Below, in pieces: positions 38,111-47,776 of a stretch of DNA of 64,000 bases. The position numbers and the translations under genes were made by a program. The notes under the pieces were generated by a model. It saw nothing but the letters and a program-made list of their open reading frames with translations. It was not told the DNA's origin and searched no databases. The stretch's first letter is position 1; each line of letters begins with the position of its first letter. Source of the stretch: Candidatus Krumholzibacteriota bacterium (GTDB lineage Bacteria > Krumholzibacteriota > Krumholzibacteriia > JAJRXK01); NCBI GenBank assembly GCA_963764625.1, contig CAVXTH010000006.1:1085-65084 (forward strand). Direction: 5' to 3'.

Positions 38111-41100
38111 ATGAAACAGGCCCGGGGCCAATTCACTCGCTATCCCGAGACGCTGGGAGGGAACGACACTCCGGGCGCCGAGGAGGATGTGCGTCGCTTC
38201 TGGCGGGAGCGCGACGTCTTCGTGCGTAGCGAGCGAGGCAGGAGGGATCGCCCCGACTTCGTGTTCTACGAAGGTCCTCCGACCGCCAACGGCCGTCCCG
38301 GGGTGCACCACGTGATCAGCCGTCTCATCAAGGACATCTTTTGCCGCTACAAGACCATGACGGGCCACCACGTGCTCCGCAAGGCGGGGTGGGACACGCA
38401 CGGTCTGCCGGTGGAAATCGAAGTGGAGCGGCAGCTGGGACTCAAGAACAAGGAAGCGGTCGAGGAATTCGGGATCGAGGAGTTCAACGCCCGTTGCCGC
38501 GAGTCGGTCTTCACCTACAAACGCGAGTGGGACGAGTTCACCGCCGGTATCGGTTTCTGGCTCGACCTGGACAATCCCTACATCACTTACGAGAACGATT
38601 ACATCGAATCGGTGTGGTGGTTGCTCAAGGCGATCTGGGACAAAGATCTGCTCTACCGCGGCTACAAAGTGGTTCCGTACTGCACCCGCTGCGAAACCGC
38701 GCTCTCGAGTCACGAAGTCGCGCAGGGGTATAAGGACGTCGACGACCCCTCCGTGACGGTTCGCATGAAAGTGAAGGGATTCGCGGATCGCTACTTCCTG
38801 GTGTGGACGACTACGCCCTGGACTTTGCCTGCTAACGTGGCGCTCGCGGTGGGTGAGGACATCGACTACGTGGCGGTGCGCCACCAGGACCAGACGCTCA
38901 TTCTGGCCGGGGCGAGACTGAGCGATCTCTTTGGCGATGAGACTCCCGAAATCGTGGAGCGGATGAAAGGGAAGGAGCTCCTCGGGCTCGAGTACGAACA
39001 GCTCATTCCCATTCTTTCGACCGACCGTCCGGCCTTCCGCGTGGTTTCCGCCGATTTCGTCAGCACCGAGGACGGCACCGGGATCGTTCACATGGCGCCT
39101 GCCTACGGCGAGGACGACTACCGCATCGGCCAGCAGGAAGACCTGCCTACTCTGCACCCGGTCGGCAAAGACGGCCGCTTCACCGAGGAGCTGACTCCCT
39201 ACGCGGGGATTTTCGTCAAGGACGCGGACAAGAGGATCATCGCCGATCTCAAGTCGGACGGACGTCTCTTTCAGCAGAAACAGATTCGCCACAGCTATCC
39301 GCACTGTTGGCGCTGTCACACTCCCTTGCTGTACTACGCTCGCGATTCCTGGTACATCCGCACCACCGCGGTGAAGGACGAGCTGATGGCCGCCAACGCG
39401 GCGGTCAATTGGGTCCCCACCGGGGTCGGGCGTGAACGCTTCGGAGATTGGCTCGAAAACAACGTCGACTGGGCGCTCTCCCGCGACCGCTTCTGGGGAA
39501 CGCCGCTTCCGATCTGGGAGTGTGAGTGCGGCGAACGCGCGTGCATCGGTTCGAGGGAGGAGCTGCGCGCCGCCGGGGGCAAGGTGCCCGAAGATCTCCA
39601 CCGGCCCTTCATCGACCGCGTGATCTTCCCGTGTTCCAACTGCGGGAAAGAAATGAGGCGTACCCCGGAGGTCATTGACGTCTGGTTCGATTCCGGCGCG
39701 ATGCCCTACGCGCAGTGGCACTATCCCTTCGAGAACCAGGAACAATTCAATCGACAATTCCCGGCCGACTTCATCTCCGAGGGAATGGATCAGACGCGCG
39801 GGTGGTTCTACAGCCTCTTGGCCATCGCGACCATGGTGAGCGGAAGGAGTTCCTACAAAAACGTGCTCACCATCGGACTGATTCTGGACAAGAACGGTCA
39901 CAAGATGTCCAAGAGCCGCGGCAACGCGGTCGACCCGGCGGCGATTCTCAAGAAGGAAGGCGCCGACCCGTTGCGTTGGTACCTGGTCACCGTTTCCCCC
40001 GCGTACGCGCCGACTCGTTTCGATCTGGACGGAGTTCACGAGAGTCGCCGGAAAGTCCTGGGCACCCTGGAGAACGTCTTCGCCTTCTTCACGCTCTACG
40101 CGAACCTGGAACGCTATCGGGCCAAGGCGGTGGAGGACCCGGCCGGTCTTTCCGAGCAACTCGACCGCTGGATCCTCAGCCGCTACCACGCGATCGTCGA
40201 AGAGGTGAGCGAGAGTCTCGAGACCTGGGACGCCACGCGCGCGGCGCGTTCGCTGGGAAATTTCATCGTCGACGAATTGAGCAACTGGTACGTGCGCAGG
40301 AGCCGCCGCCGTTTCTGGAAGGGCGAGATGGGTCCGGATAAGCAGGCAGCCTTCGATACCCTGTACACCGTACTGGAAGGGGTCTCGCGTCTTTTGGCGC
40401 CGTTTCTCCCCTTCATGGCGGAGAGGCTCTATCGCGGTCTGCATCCCGAAGAAGAGAGTTCGCAGTTCGAGAGCGTCCATCTGGCGGCCTGGCCCTCGTC
40501 TTTTTCCTCCTCGCGTGCGCGGGAGCTCGAGGAGAGCATGGCCGCCGTGCTCCAGGTGGTGGGACTGGGTCGCAGTCTGCGCAGCGCGCACGAGCTGCGG
40601 GTGCGCCAACCGCTGCGCGAGGGCCTGGTCTTCGGGCGGAGTGCGGTCTTGCGCCGAGCGGTGGAAAAACACGAATATGCTGATCTGATCACCGACGAGT
40701 TGAATCTGAAGCGCATTGCCTGGCTCGACGATCCCACCCGGGTGGCCAAGGTCACGGCCAAGGCCAACTTCCGCGAGCTGGGGGCGCGCTTTGGCAAGAA
40801 GACCCCGCTGATCGCCAAGCAGATCGCTGCTCTCACCCCCGAGGCCCTGGCCGGCCTGCGGGACCGAAAGGCCCTGTTCCTCACGGTTGAGGGCGAGGAA
40901 ATCGAATTGCGTCCCGAGGAGGTCTTCATCCAGGAGGAGGGCCTGAAAGGCTATGTGACGGCCAGCGAGCGGGATTGCATGCTGGCCCTGAACATCCAGC
41001 TCGACGAGTCCCTGCGCCGGGAGGGCCTGGCACGAGAATTGGTAAACCGCATCCAGAATTTGCGTAAGGAAGCGGGACTCGCGGTTTCGGACCGGATCTC

Positions 41101-41278
41101 CTTATATGTGGGCGGCGAAGGAGAAGTGGAATCGGCTTTTTCCGACCACCGGCTCCATGTTTGCGAGGAGACCTTGGCCAGCGAAGTGGCGGAGACGGTG
41201 CCCGAGGGCGCCGCGAGTGACAGTTTCGAAATCGACGGTCATCGGGCCGTCATAGCTTTGATCCGGGCCGAATCTTGA
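38111..41278 (+). CDS. ileS: isoleucine--tRNA ligase
   Basis: 1055 aa. HIGH-region PGVHH. KMSKS loop present. Editing domain and C-terminal extension present. Confidence 0.95.
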   Translation: MKQARGQFTRYPETLGGNDTPGAEEDVRRFWRERDVFVRSERGRRDRPDFVFYEGPPTANGRPGVHHVISRLIKDIFCRYKTMTGHHVLRKAGWDTHGLPVEIEVERQLGLKNKEAVEEFGIEEFNARCRESVFTYKREWDEFTAGIGFWLDLDNPYITYENDYIESVWWLLKAIWDKDLLYRGYKVVPYCTRCETALSSHEVAQGYKDVDDPSVTVRMKVKGFADRYFLVWTTTPWTLPANVALAVGEDIDYVAVRHQDQTLILAGARLSDLFGDETPEIVERMKGKELLGLEYEQLIPILSTDRPAFRVVSADFVSTEDGTGIVHMAPAYGEDDYRIGQQEDLPTLHPVGKDGRFTEELTPYAGIFVKDADKRIIADLKSDGRLFQQKQIRHSYPHCWRCHTPLLYYARDSWYIRTTAVKDELMAANAAVNWVPTGVGRERFGDWLENNVDWALSRDRFWGTPLPIWECECGERACIGSREELRAAGGKVPEDLHRPFIDRVIFPCSNCGKEMRRTPEVIDVWFDSGAMPYAQWHYPFENQEQFNRQFPADFISEGMDQTRGWFYSLLAIATMVSGRSSYKNVLTIGLILDKNGHKMSKSRGNAVDPAAILKKEGADPLRWYLVTVSPAYAPTRFDLDGVHESRRKVLGTLENVFAFFTLYANLERYRAKAVEDPAGLSEQLDRWILSRYHAIVEEVSESLETWDATRAARSLGNFIVDELSNWYVRRSRRRFWKGEMGPDKQAAFDTLYTVLEGVSRLLAPFLPFMAERLYRGLHPEEESSQFESVHLAAWPSSFSSSRARELEESMAAVLQVVGLGRSLRSAHELRVRQPLREGLVFGRSAVLRRAVEKHEYADLITDELNLKRIAWLDDPTRVAKVTAKANFRELGARFGKKTPLIAKQIAALTPEALAGLRDRKALFLTVEGEEIELRPEEVFIQEEGLKGYVTASERDCMLALNIQLDESLRREGLARELVNRIQNLRKEAGLAVSDRISLYVGGEGEVESAFSDHRLHVCEETLASEVAETVPEGAASDSFEIDGHRAVIALIRAES

Positions 41279-41312
41279 GGCCCGCCATCCGGGAACGGCT
41301 TTAAGGAGAACC

Positions 41313-41678
41313 ATGCGCACGCGAGATCTGGAGAAGTACCGCGGCCTCCTCCTCGAGGAGCGGGAACGTATTCTCGAGAGCATCAAGGAGCACGATACCC
41401 AGGTTCGTCAGTACGATGAGATCGAGGGTCGAGTACACAGCAACCACATGGCCGATCAGGGAACCGACGAGTTCCGGCACGAACAGGCCATTCGCCTGTT
41501 GCAGAGCGAGAATCGCTATCTCTACCGTATCGAAGATGCGATCCAGCGCATCGAGGATGGCACTTACGGCAAGTGCGAACTCTGCGGCACGGTCATTGGC
41601 GCCAAACGTCTGACCGCTCTGCCTTACACTCGTTTCTGCATCGACTGCGCGGAAAAGGAAGACGCCAAACGCGGATGA
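41313..41678 (+). CDS. DksA/TraR-family C4 zinc-finger protein
   Basis: CELCGTVIGAKRL...FCIDCAE C4 finger with a coiled-coil N-terminus. Confidence 0.8.
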   Translation: MRTRDLEKYRGLLLEERERILESIKEHDTQVRQYDEIEGRVHSNHMADQGTDEFRHEQAIRLLQSENRYLYRIEDAIQRIEDGTYGKCELCGTVIGAKRLTALPYTRFCIDCAEKEDAKRG

Positions 41679-42166
41679 TCCGCATGCGCTCCACCAGCAG
41701 CTACGGGCTTGCCGCCGGGCTGCTCGTGCTCGACTTTTGCGCCAAGAGGTTCGTGCTGGCGCACCAAGAGACGTTTCGCGCCGGCATTCCGCTGATCGAC
41801 GGCATTCTGCGCTTCACCTACGTGCGCAACGCGGGCGCTGCCTTCGGAATTCTGCAAGGCGGCCGCTGGCCTTTCGTCGTGGTGTCGATCGCCGCGATCG
41901 TGGCCCTCGTCTTGGTGTTGCGGCGAGGAAGCCGTTCGCGACTGCGCGGAGTTTCCTACGCGCTCATTCTTGGAGGCGCCGCGGGCAATCTCGTCGACCG
42001 GCTGTTCTATGCCGGAAGAGTGGTCGACTTCATCGAAATGAGCTGGCGGGGCCATGTCTTCCCCGTCTACAACTTCGCTGACATGGGAGTCAGTATCGGA
42101 GCCGTTCTTCTCATCCTCGCGTTGCTTTCGGGCGAGGATGAGGAGGCCAACACTCATGACGGATGA
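41675..42166 (+). CDS. lspA: lipoprotein signal peptidase II
   Basis: ATG 41675 overlaps the dksA stop (ATGA). FNFADMGVSIG-type motif (VYNFADMGVSIG). Confidence 0.85.
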   Translation: MIRMRSTSSYGLAAGLLVLDFCAKRFVLAHQETFRAGIPLIDGILRFTYVRNAGAAFGILQGGRWPFVVVSIAAIVALVLVLRRGSRSRLRGVSYALILGGAAGNLVDRLFYAGRVVDFIEMSWRGHVFPVYNFADMGVSIGAVLLILALLSGEDEEANTHDG

Positions 42167-43125
42167 ATCCGCGAAACGACGAGCCGTCGTCGGCGAGGAA
42201 GCCGAGGGAGAACGGCTCGATCTCTGGCTCGCCCGCAGTGACGGAGAGCTCTCACGCTCCCGCGCTCAGAAACTCATCGCGGCCGGCTTGGTGCGGGTGA
42301 AGGGAGAATTGAGACCTTCCCGCCACCGCCTCTCACTCGGGGATGTCGTGGAGTGGGAGGTGCCGCCGCCAGCCCCCACCATCATGGAAGCCGAAGCGCA
42401 GGTCGCGTTCCGGATCGTTCACGAAGACGAGGATCTCGCGGTGATCGACAAGCCGGCCGGGCTAGTCGTACACCCGGCGCCGGGCCACCCCGCGGGAACC
42501 CTGGTGCATGGGCTTCTGGCGCAGCTGGAGGGTCTGAGCGCGGTGGGTGGGGTGCAGCGCCCCGGGATCGTCCACCGGCTCGACAAGGATACTTCCGGAC
42601 TCATGGTGGTGGCCAAGAACGATCGCTGCCATCAAGCGCTCCAGGCTCAGCTCAAGGACCACAGCCTACGAAGAATCTACCGGGCGATCTGTTGGGGAGT
42701 TCCTTCGCCTTTGGAGGGAACCATCGAGGCGCCGCTGGGGCGTCACCCGCGGGACCGCAAGCGGCAGGCGGTGGTCCGCGGCGGGCGATCCTGCTCTTAC
42801 CCACTACAGGGTGGAGGAGGAGCTGCGCGGCGCCGCCTTACTACGTCTGCGGCTGGAGACGGGAAGGACCCACCAGATCCGCGTCCATCTCGCGCACCAG
42901 GGTCACCCCGTATTGGCGGACGAGCTCTACGGCGGGGGCGCTCGAAGGCTCAAGGGCGCGCAACCCTCCCGGCGGAGCGCGCTGCAGGCGGCGCTCGCCG
43001 CTGTAGGGCGCCAGGCTCTTCACGCCTCCGAGCTGATCTTCGTCCATCCGGGAAGTGGAGAGTCGGTTCGCTACGATTCTCCATTGCCGGACGGATTCCT
43101 GGCCGCGCTGAACTGTCTCCGCTAG
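42156..43125 (+). CDS. rluD: 23S rRNA pseudouridine synthase RluD (RluA family), interrupted by an apparent 1-nt frameshift near 42776-42786
   Basis: N-part frame reads ...HRLDKDTSGLMVVAK...RKRQAVV. C-part frame reads DPALTHYRVEE...LETGRTHQIRVHLAHQGHPVLAD. The junction is a GC run (cgcggcgggcg). Confidence 0.7.
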
Positions 43126-43305
43126 GCGCGAGGGCTCCCCGGGCGCCCCTCGCGGCACCAGCCGTGGGGCTGGACAGTGTCTGCCGCACCCGCTACGCTC
43201 CTCGTCCGCCCCTCGGCCCACGGGCCGGGGTCGAGCTGAACTGAAAGTTTTGTACCGCTCCCGGGGGATCCGGGCATTCAGAGTGAGCGGAAAGGACGTA
43301 GGTCG

Positions 43306-43650
43306 ATGAAGATCAAGGAGCGCGAACGTGACGGTGTGATGGTTCTCGAGGTCAGTGGGAAGATCATGGGGGGACCGGATTCGGAGCTCTTCTCCACGAC
43401 GCTGAAGTCTCTGGTTCACGAGGAGAAGCTCAGGGTGCTCGTGGACCTGGGGAGCGTCACCTGGGTGAATTCCACCGGGCTTGGCATCCTGATTTCGGGC
43501 TATTCCACTCTGAAACGTAACAACGGTGAGATGAAACTGGTCAACGTTTCCGACCGTATCGACAGTATCTTCATGGTGACCAAGCTGTACTCGGTCTTCG
43601 ATTCGTTCAAGACCGAGGACGAAGCCATCGCCAGTTTCGCGGTCGAGTAG
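43306..43650 (+). CDS. STAS-domain anti-sigma-factor antagonist
   Basis: SpoIIAA-like 114-aa protein with a conserved Ser in the VTWVNSTGLG motif. Confidence 0.8.
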   Translation: MKIKERERDGVMVLEVSGKIMGGPDSELFSTTLKSLVHEEKLRVLVDLGSVTWVNSTGLGILISGYSTLKRNNGEMKLVNVSDRIDSIFMVTKLYSVFDSFKTEDEAIASFAVE

Positions 43651-43690
43651 AAGCCATCGTATCCCGGTCCCCCTGCTGAAGAAGAGACGC

Positions 43691-44119
43691 GTGAAGATCG
43701 AACTGACGATTCCAAGCTCCCATATGATGTTGGGGATTCCCGACGCGGTGATCCAAGAACTTGGTTCCGAGCTGTCCTTCTCGCAATCAGAGTTGGATGA
43801 GCTTTCCACCTCGGTGATCGAGGGATGCACCAACGCACTCGAACACGGCAATCACATGAAGAGCGAAAAACCGGTTCGCCTCAGCATCGACTTCGAGCGC
43901 ACGCGAATCGAGGTGACGATCTTCGACAACGGTCCCGGCTTCGACTTCGAGACCATCGACTTCTCCAAAGAACCAGCCGACTTGATGCAGGAGAGGGGCC
44001 GCGGGATCTACATCATGTTCACCTACTGCGACGAGTTGAGCTTCTTCCGCAGCGATGGAACGTTCGCGGTCAAAATGGTCAAGAAGGCCAAGGAGACCTC
44101 CGTCGAGAACGGGAATTGA
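43691..44119 (+). CDS. anti-sigma regulatory factor Ser-protein kinase (RsbW/SpoIIAB-like, HATPase_c)
   Basis: GTG start. N/G1/G2 boxes NALEHGNH, DNGPGFD, GRGIYIM. Confidence 0.75.
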   Translation: MKIELTIPSSHMMLGIPDAVIQELGSELSFSQSELDELSTSVIEGCTNALEHGNHMKSEKPVRLSIDFERTRIEVTIFDNGPGFDFETIDFSKEPADLMQERGRGIYIMFTYCDELSFFRSDGTFAVKMVKKAKETSVENGN

Positions 44120-44138
44120 GGCCTGCCCGGAGGATGGC

Positions 44139-44582
44139 ATGGCAGTGATCCTGGCTCTCGATCCCGGACTTAGACGAACCGGCCTTGCGCTGTGTGATCC
44201 CACCGGCACGCTCGCCCGCCCCCTGATGACTCACGATCGTCGAAGCGATGGTTCGTTGCTGGAACTGGTGGCATCTCTGTGCGAGGAACATGCGGTCGAA
44301 AGGATCTTGGTCGGGCTGCCGTTGACCCAGATGAACGAAGAGGGATCGACGGCGAGCGCGGCCAGGGTCTTGGCGGAGAAGCTGAGGACTCGCCTGCGGC
44401 TTCCCGTCTAGCTCGTGGATGAGCGGTACAGCAGCCGCGAGGCCGACCGGGTGCTGGCCGGGAAGAAAGCGGCCAAGGGGCGGCGCGACGCAGTGGCGGC
44501 GGCTCTCATTCTACAGACCTGGCTGGACGGTCCGGGTTGCGGGGACTCGAACTCTCCACCGAGCGAGCCCGATCCATGCTGA
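44139..44582 (+). CDS. ruvX: Holliday-junction resolvase-like RuvX/YqgF, containing an in-frame TAG at 44409-44411
   Basis: MAVILALDPGLRRTGLALCD...VGLPL...LPV*LVDERYSSREA...AAALILQTWLDG. Homology is continuous across the TAG, which replaces a conserved K/E position before the DER motif. Confidence 0.7.
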
Positions 44583-45619
44583 GATCACGCGGCCAGATTC
44601 TTCTCCTCTGCGTTCTCTTTTTCCTCCTGCTCTGTATCGCCGTGATCCACGTGTCTCTCTACCGCGGGCGCACTTCACCTGAGCTCGGCACGCGAAGAGT
44701 CGAGATCCCCCAGGGCACCAGCGTGCGCGGCGCCGCCACGCGACTCGCCGAGGCGGGACTACTCGATGCGCCGTGGAAGCTACGTGCAGTCTACTTGCTG
44801 CAGGGAGAGGAGCGCACCATCAAGGCCGGAACCTACGAGATTCGTCCGGGGCATAGCGCGGCGGCCCTGCTGTCGATCCTTCAGTCCGGACGCGTGGCTA
44901 CGGTCGAGCTCACCATCCCCGAAGGGTGGACGATTGGCAGCACCTGTCAGAACCTCGCGCAGAGCCTCGCTCTGAGCCAGGATAGCTTGCTCGCTCTCTG
45001 CAAGACTCCGACCCGGGCGTGGCGTGAGGAGTTGGGGTTGCCCGAAGGGGCGAGTCTGGAAGGTTATCTCTATCCAGAGACCTATCGCTTCGAGGTGGGG
45101 GTGAGCGCATCGGAGGTCATCGGGACCCTCGTGCGGACTTTTCTTCGGACCTTCGACGAAGCTCTCCGTGCCGCGGCGGACAGCATGGGATTGAGCCTCC
45201 ATCAGGTCGTGACTCTCGCCTCCATCGTGGAGGCGGAAACGAGCGTGCCCGAAGAACGGGCCAAGGTGGCGGCGGTGTACCTCAATCGACTGGCGAAACA
45301 CTGGAAGCTCGAGGCCGATCCTACCGTCGCCTACGCGACGGGAATTCCCGGAGAGAAGCTCAGTACCGGGGACCTCAGGTTCGATTCGCCGTACAATACC
45401 TATCGCTATGCCGGACTTCCTCCCGGGCCCATCAACAGTCCTGGCCGGGCGGCTCTGGAGGCGACGGTGCACCCCGAGAGGAACTTTCCGGCCATGTACT
45501 TCGTGGCGGATGGAAAGGGTGGGCACGTGTTCAGCCGCACTTGGGCCGAACATCGAGAGGCGGTTCGCGCCTACCGGTCCGCGCGACGCGCGGACCAGGG
45601 TCCACTGATTCAGGGGTGA
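44576..45619 (+). CDS. mltG: endolytic murein transglycosylase MltG (YceG family)
   Basis: ATG 44576 begins a signal anchor. YceG-like domain follows. Conserved ruvX-mltG pairing. Confidence 0.85.
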   Translation: MLRSRGQILLLCVLFFLLLCIAVIHVSLYRGRTSPELGTRRVEIPQGTSVRGAATRLAEAGLLDAPWKLRAVYLLQGEERTIKAGTYEIRPGHSAAALLSILQSGRVATVELTIPEGWTIGSTCQNLAQSLALSQDSLLALCKTPTRAWREELGLPEGASLEGYLYPETYRFEVGVSASEVIGTLVRTFLRTFDEALRAAADSMGLSLHQVVTLASIVEAETSVPEERAKVAAVYLNRLAKHWKLEADPTVAYATGIPGEKLSTGDLRFDSPYNTYRYAGLPPGPINSPGRAALEATVHPERNFPAMYFVADGKGGHVFSRTWAEHREAVRAYRSARRADQGPLIQG

Positions 45620-45678
45620 GCTTGACGGCCGGCCCCGCTTTCTCTAGCGTGACGGCCTCACCAGGAGGGAACTCGGCG

Positions 45679-45855
45679 ATGAATTGGAAGCGAGATCACT
45701 GGCTCATTCTGGGCCTCGTTTCGATCATGGCGGGCTTCACGCTTCTGGGGTTCTTCCAGAGTATGACGCTCTCCTCCATTCTCCTGGTGGGTGGATACTG
45801 TGTGCTCGTACCGGCCTATTTGTGGACGCGCTACCGGGGAGACGTGGGCGAATAG
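45679..45855 (+). CDS. small hypothetical membrane protein (58 aa); its last codons overlap tRNA-Val
   Basis: RBS aggaggg precedes ATG 45679. Two hydrophobic helices. Stop TAG at 45853-45855 lies inside the tRNA acceptor stem. Confidence 0.35.
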   Translation: MNWKRDHWLILGLVSIMAGFTLLGFFQSMTLSSILLVGGYCVLVPAYLWTRYRGDVGE

Positions 45856-45922
45856 CTCAGCTGGTTAGAGCACCTGCCTTACAAGCAGGGGGTCACAGGT
45901 TCGAATCCTGTTTCGCCCACCA
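45846..45922 (+). tRNA. tRNA-Val (anticodon TAC)
   Basis: 77-nt cloverleaf: acceptor gggcgaa/ttcgccc, anticodon loop cuUACaa, T-loop ttcgaat, encoded CCA. Confidence 0.9.
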
Positions 45923-46131
45923 TCTCATCCCTTCACCTTGCGGCTGCGCCCTGCGACTCGAGCACTCGAGCATGCACCTGCCCCCCGCCAGATCAGGGCA
46001 AGGTAACTCGCGAAGAGCGCCAAAATCCCGGCCGGCGTTTGTCCGTCAGAGACTCTCACCGGCGCCCCGAGAACTCTCCTAAGTTTAACGAAACCTACAT
46101 GTTAGTTGACTGGTTGGCCGCATTTACGTGG

Positions 46132-46161
46132 TTGACAATCGGCCAAAAGCCGTGATAAACT
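46132..46161 (+). promoter_or_regulatory. candidate promoter TTGACA-N18-TAAACT upstream of the secreted-protein cluster
   Basis: Hexamers at 46132-46137 and 46156-46161, about 120 nt upstream of ATG 46283. Confidence 0.3.
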
Positions 46162-46282
46162 GGCTGCGTCGAGTATTGGATCGAAAGAGTGGAAGGAGGC
46201 TCGAGAGCAGGGAAAACGCAATTGTCCAAGCAGCCGGCCAATTCTACCGGTTGCAGATAGAACCGTTTAGGAGGTGTCCTAG

Positions 46283-46893
46283 ATGTTCAACAAGAGGCTA
46301 TTCAGTCTCGTACTTACTGCGGGCCTGATCTTAGGTCTCGCTGGCCTGGCAATGGCCGGTGTTCCCGATCCGGGAGCTAGCACTGTCTACACCAGTGGTG
46401 GGGAAGCAACTCTCACTCCGGGTGGTCTGGCCCAGAGTCTCGCGATCTACGGCGTGTCTGTCACAGTCACGGTTCGCGATGGCAATGGTCTGGCGATTCC
46501 GCGTTTCCGGCCCAGGATATCTGGCTGGATGACATTGGTGATGCCAACATCAATCTGTGCCAGTCCGGTAGCACGGCCGACGCGCAGACCAATGGTGATG
46601 GATTTACCACGATCTCCGGCGTCATGGCCGGTGGTGGTTGGACGCAGTCCGGTCTGTCCGTCTACGTCAGCGGCGTTGCCGTCACTGGCGGAATGGGCCC
46701 CAGTCTTAGCATCGACCTCAACAGCCCGGATATCACCGGCGACCGGATCGTGGACTTGGGCGACATCAGTATTTTCCAGTCTGATGTTCTTCCGCCAAGT
46801 AACGCATTCCGATCCGACTACACCCATGACGGGATTGTCGACCTCGGTGACATCAGTCTTTTCTCGTCTTGGATCGGTGACTCGTGTCCCTGA
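46283..46893 (+). pseudogene. secreted protein with two dockerin-like Ca-binding repeats; reading frame broken near 46498-46515
   Basis: RBS taggagg and a signal peptide MFNKRLFSLVLTAGLILGLAGLAMA. After ...GNGLAIP the homologous continuation (QDIWLDDIGDANINLC...DRIVDLGDISIF...DGIVDLGDISLF) lies in another frame (ORF 46624..46893). Confidence 0.5.
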
Positions 46894-46999
46894 GTAGGGC
46901 GTAGGAGGTTTGGGTGCGGCTTTCGCACTCGTTTTCGAGCAAGCGTGCGCCAGTGTTCGAACAACAACCATTGGCTCACCTCTCTAAAGGAGATGGCTC

Positions 47000-47566
47000 A
47001 TGCTTAAGAAGGCAATGTTTCTCACCCTCGCCTTGCTCGTGGGCGTCGTCGCGGGTGCTTCGGCACAACAATGCGCGATCGGCGTCTACGCGGATTCGCT
47101 GGGGACCCAGTCGGCCATTGCGCCGGTACGCGATCAGGGCAACCCTAACACGTTCATCGATGTGTACTACGTACTTAGAGTCGAGGACCTGGTGTTGGGT
47201 GCTGCATGGTATCGCGAAGTCACGGGCTTCAATGCCTCGACTTATGCGATCGACTGGGAGTCTTACGGTACCTTCCTCGATAATAAGCCGGAAGGCTGGC
47301 GTATCGGCTTGGGTACCTGTCAACTGGGGTTCGGTGGCGCTTCCATCACCCTGCTGAAGGAGACTCTGTTCTTGGTGGATGACTACTCGGGCGGTACCGG
47401 GTCCATCCAGGTCATCCCGAATACGTTGCAGAACGCCACGGGCACGGCTTACTCAGATTGTCTGGGTCAAGTGAAGCCGTGTGGCGTGGGTTCTTCTTTG
47501 ACGATCGAGAGCGTCATTCCCGCTCCGGGCAAGAGCTTCGGTGCGGTAAAGGCTCTCTTCGAGTAG
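47000..47566 (+). CDS. secreted protein with C-terminal ...KSFGAVKALFE motif (terminal tag family)
   Basis: RBS aaaggag precedes ATG 47000. Signal peptide MLKKAMFLTLALLVGVVAGASAQQ. Confidence 0.6.
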   Translation: MLKKAMFLTLALLVGVVAGASAQQCAIGVYADSLGTQSAIAPVRDQGNPNTFIDVYYVLRVEDLVLGAAWYREVTGFNASTYAIDWESYGTFLDNKPEGWRIGLGTCQLGFGGASITLLKETLFLVDDYSGGTGSIQVIPNTLQNATGTAYSDCLGQVKPCGVGSSLTIESVIPAPGKSFGAVKALFE

Positions 47567-47776
47567 CTTAGCTTGTAGCCCTCTGGGCTATTTGCTATCG
47601 CGATCGCAACGGGTGGGTGGCGGAACGTCCATAGATGGCCTAACGCCATCCGCCGAAAACCCCGCTGGAGATTTGCCCGATCAGGGGCACTTTGAAAGCG
47701 CAACAAAGGCACCTGTGGGTAGAGGTCGTTCGTGGCTCCCCACCGCCTTATTGTCATGACAACGGAGGACTTCTTC

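Noticed and set aside
37829-40672. 947-aa minus-strand ORF
   Set aside because: Antisense shadow of ileS.
4777-44411. Hypothesis that TAG is reassigned to a sense codon (in-frame TAGs in ruvX and the transposase, tandem TAG-TGA after two genes)
   Set aside because: TAG terminates many conserved genes here exactly where homologs end (hflC, kinase 15264, ECF sigma factor, methyltransferase, divIVA, rluD, STAS protein). Reassignment is therefore unlikely; isolated nonsense or sequence errors fit better.
46624-46893. Reading the dockerin repeats as evidence for a cellulosome
   Set aside because: Only one dockerin-bearing gene is visible, with no cohesin or glycoside-hydrolase partners in the window. 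Dockerin-like modules also occur outside cellulosomes.
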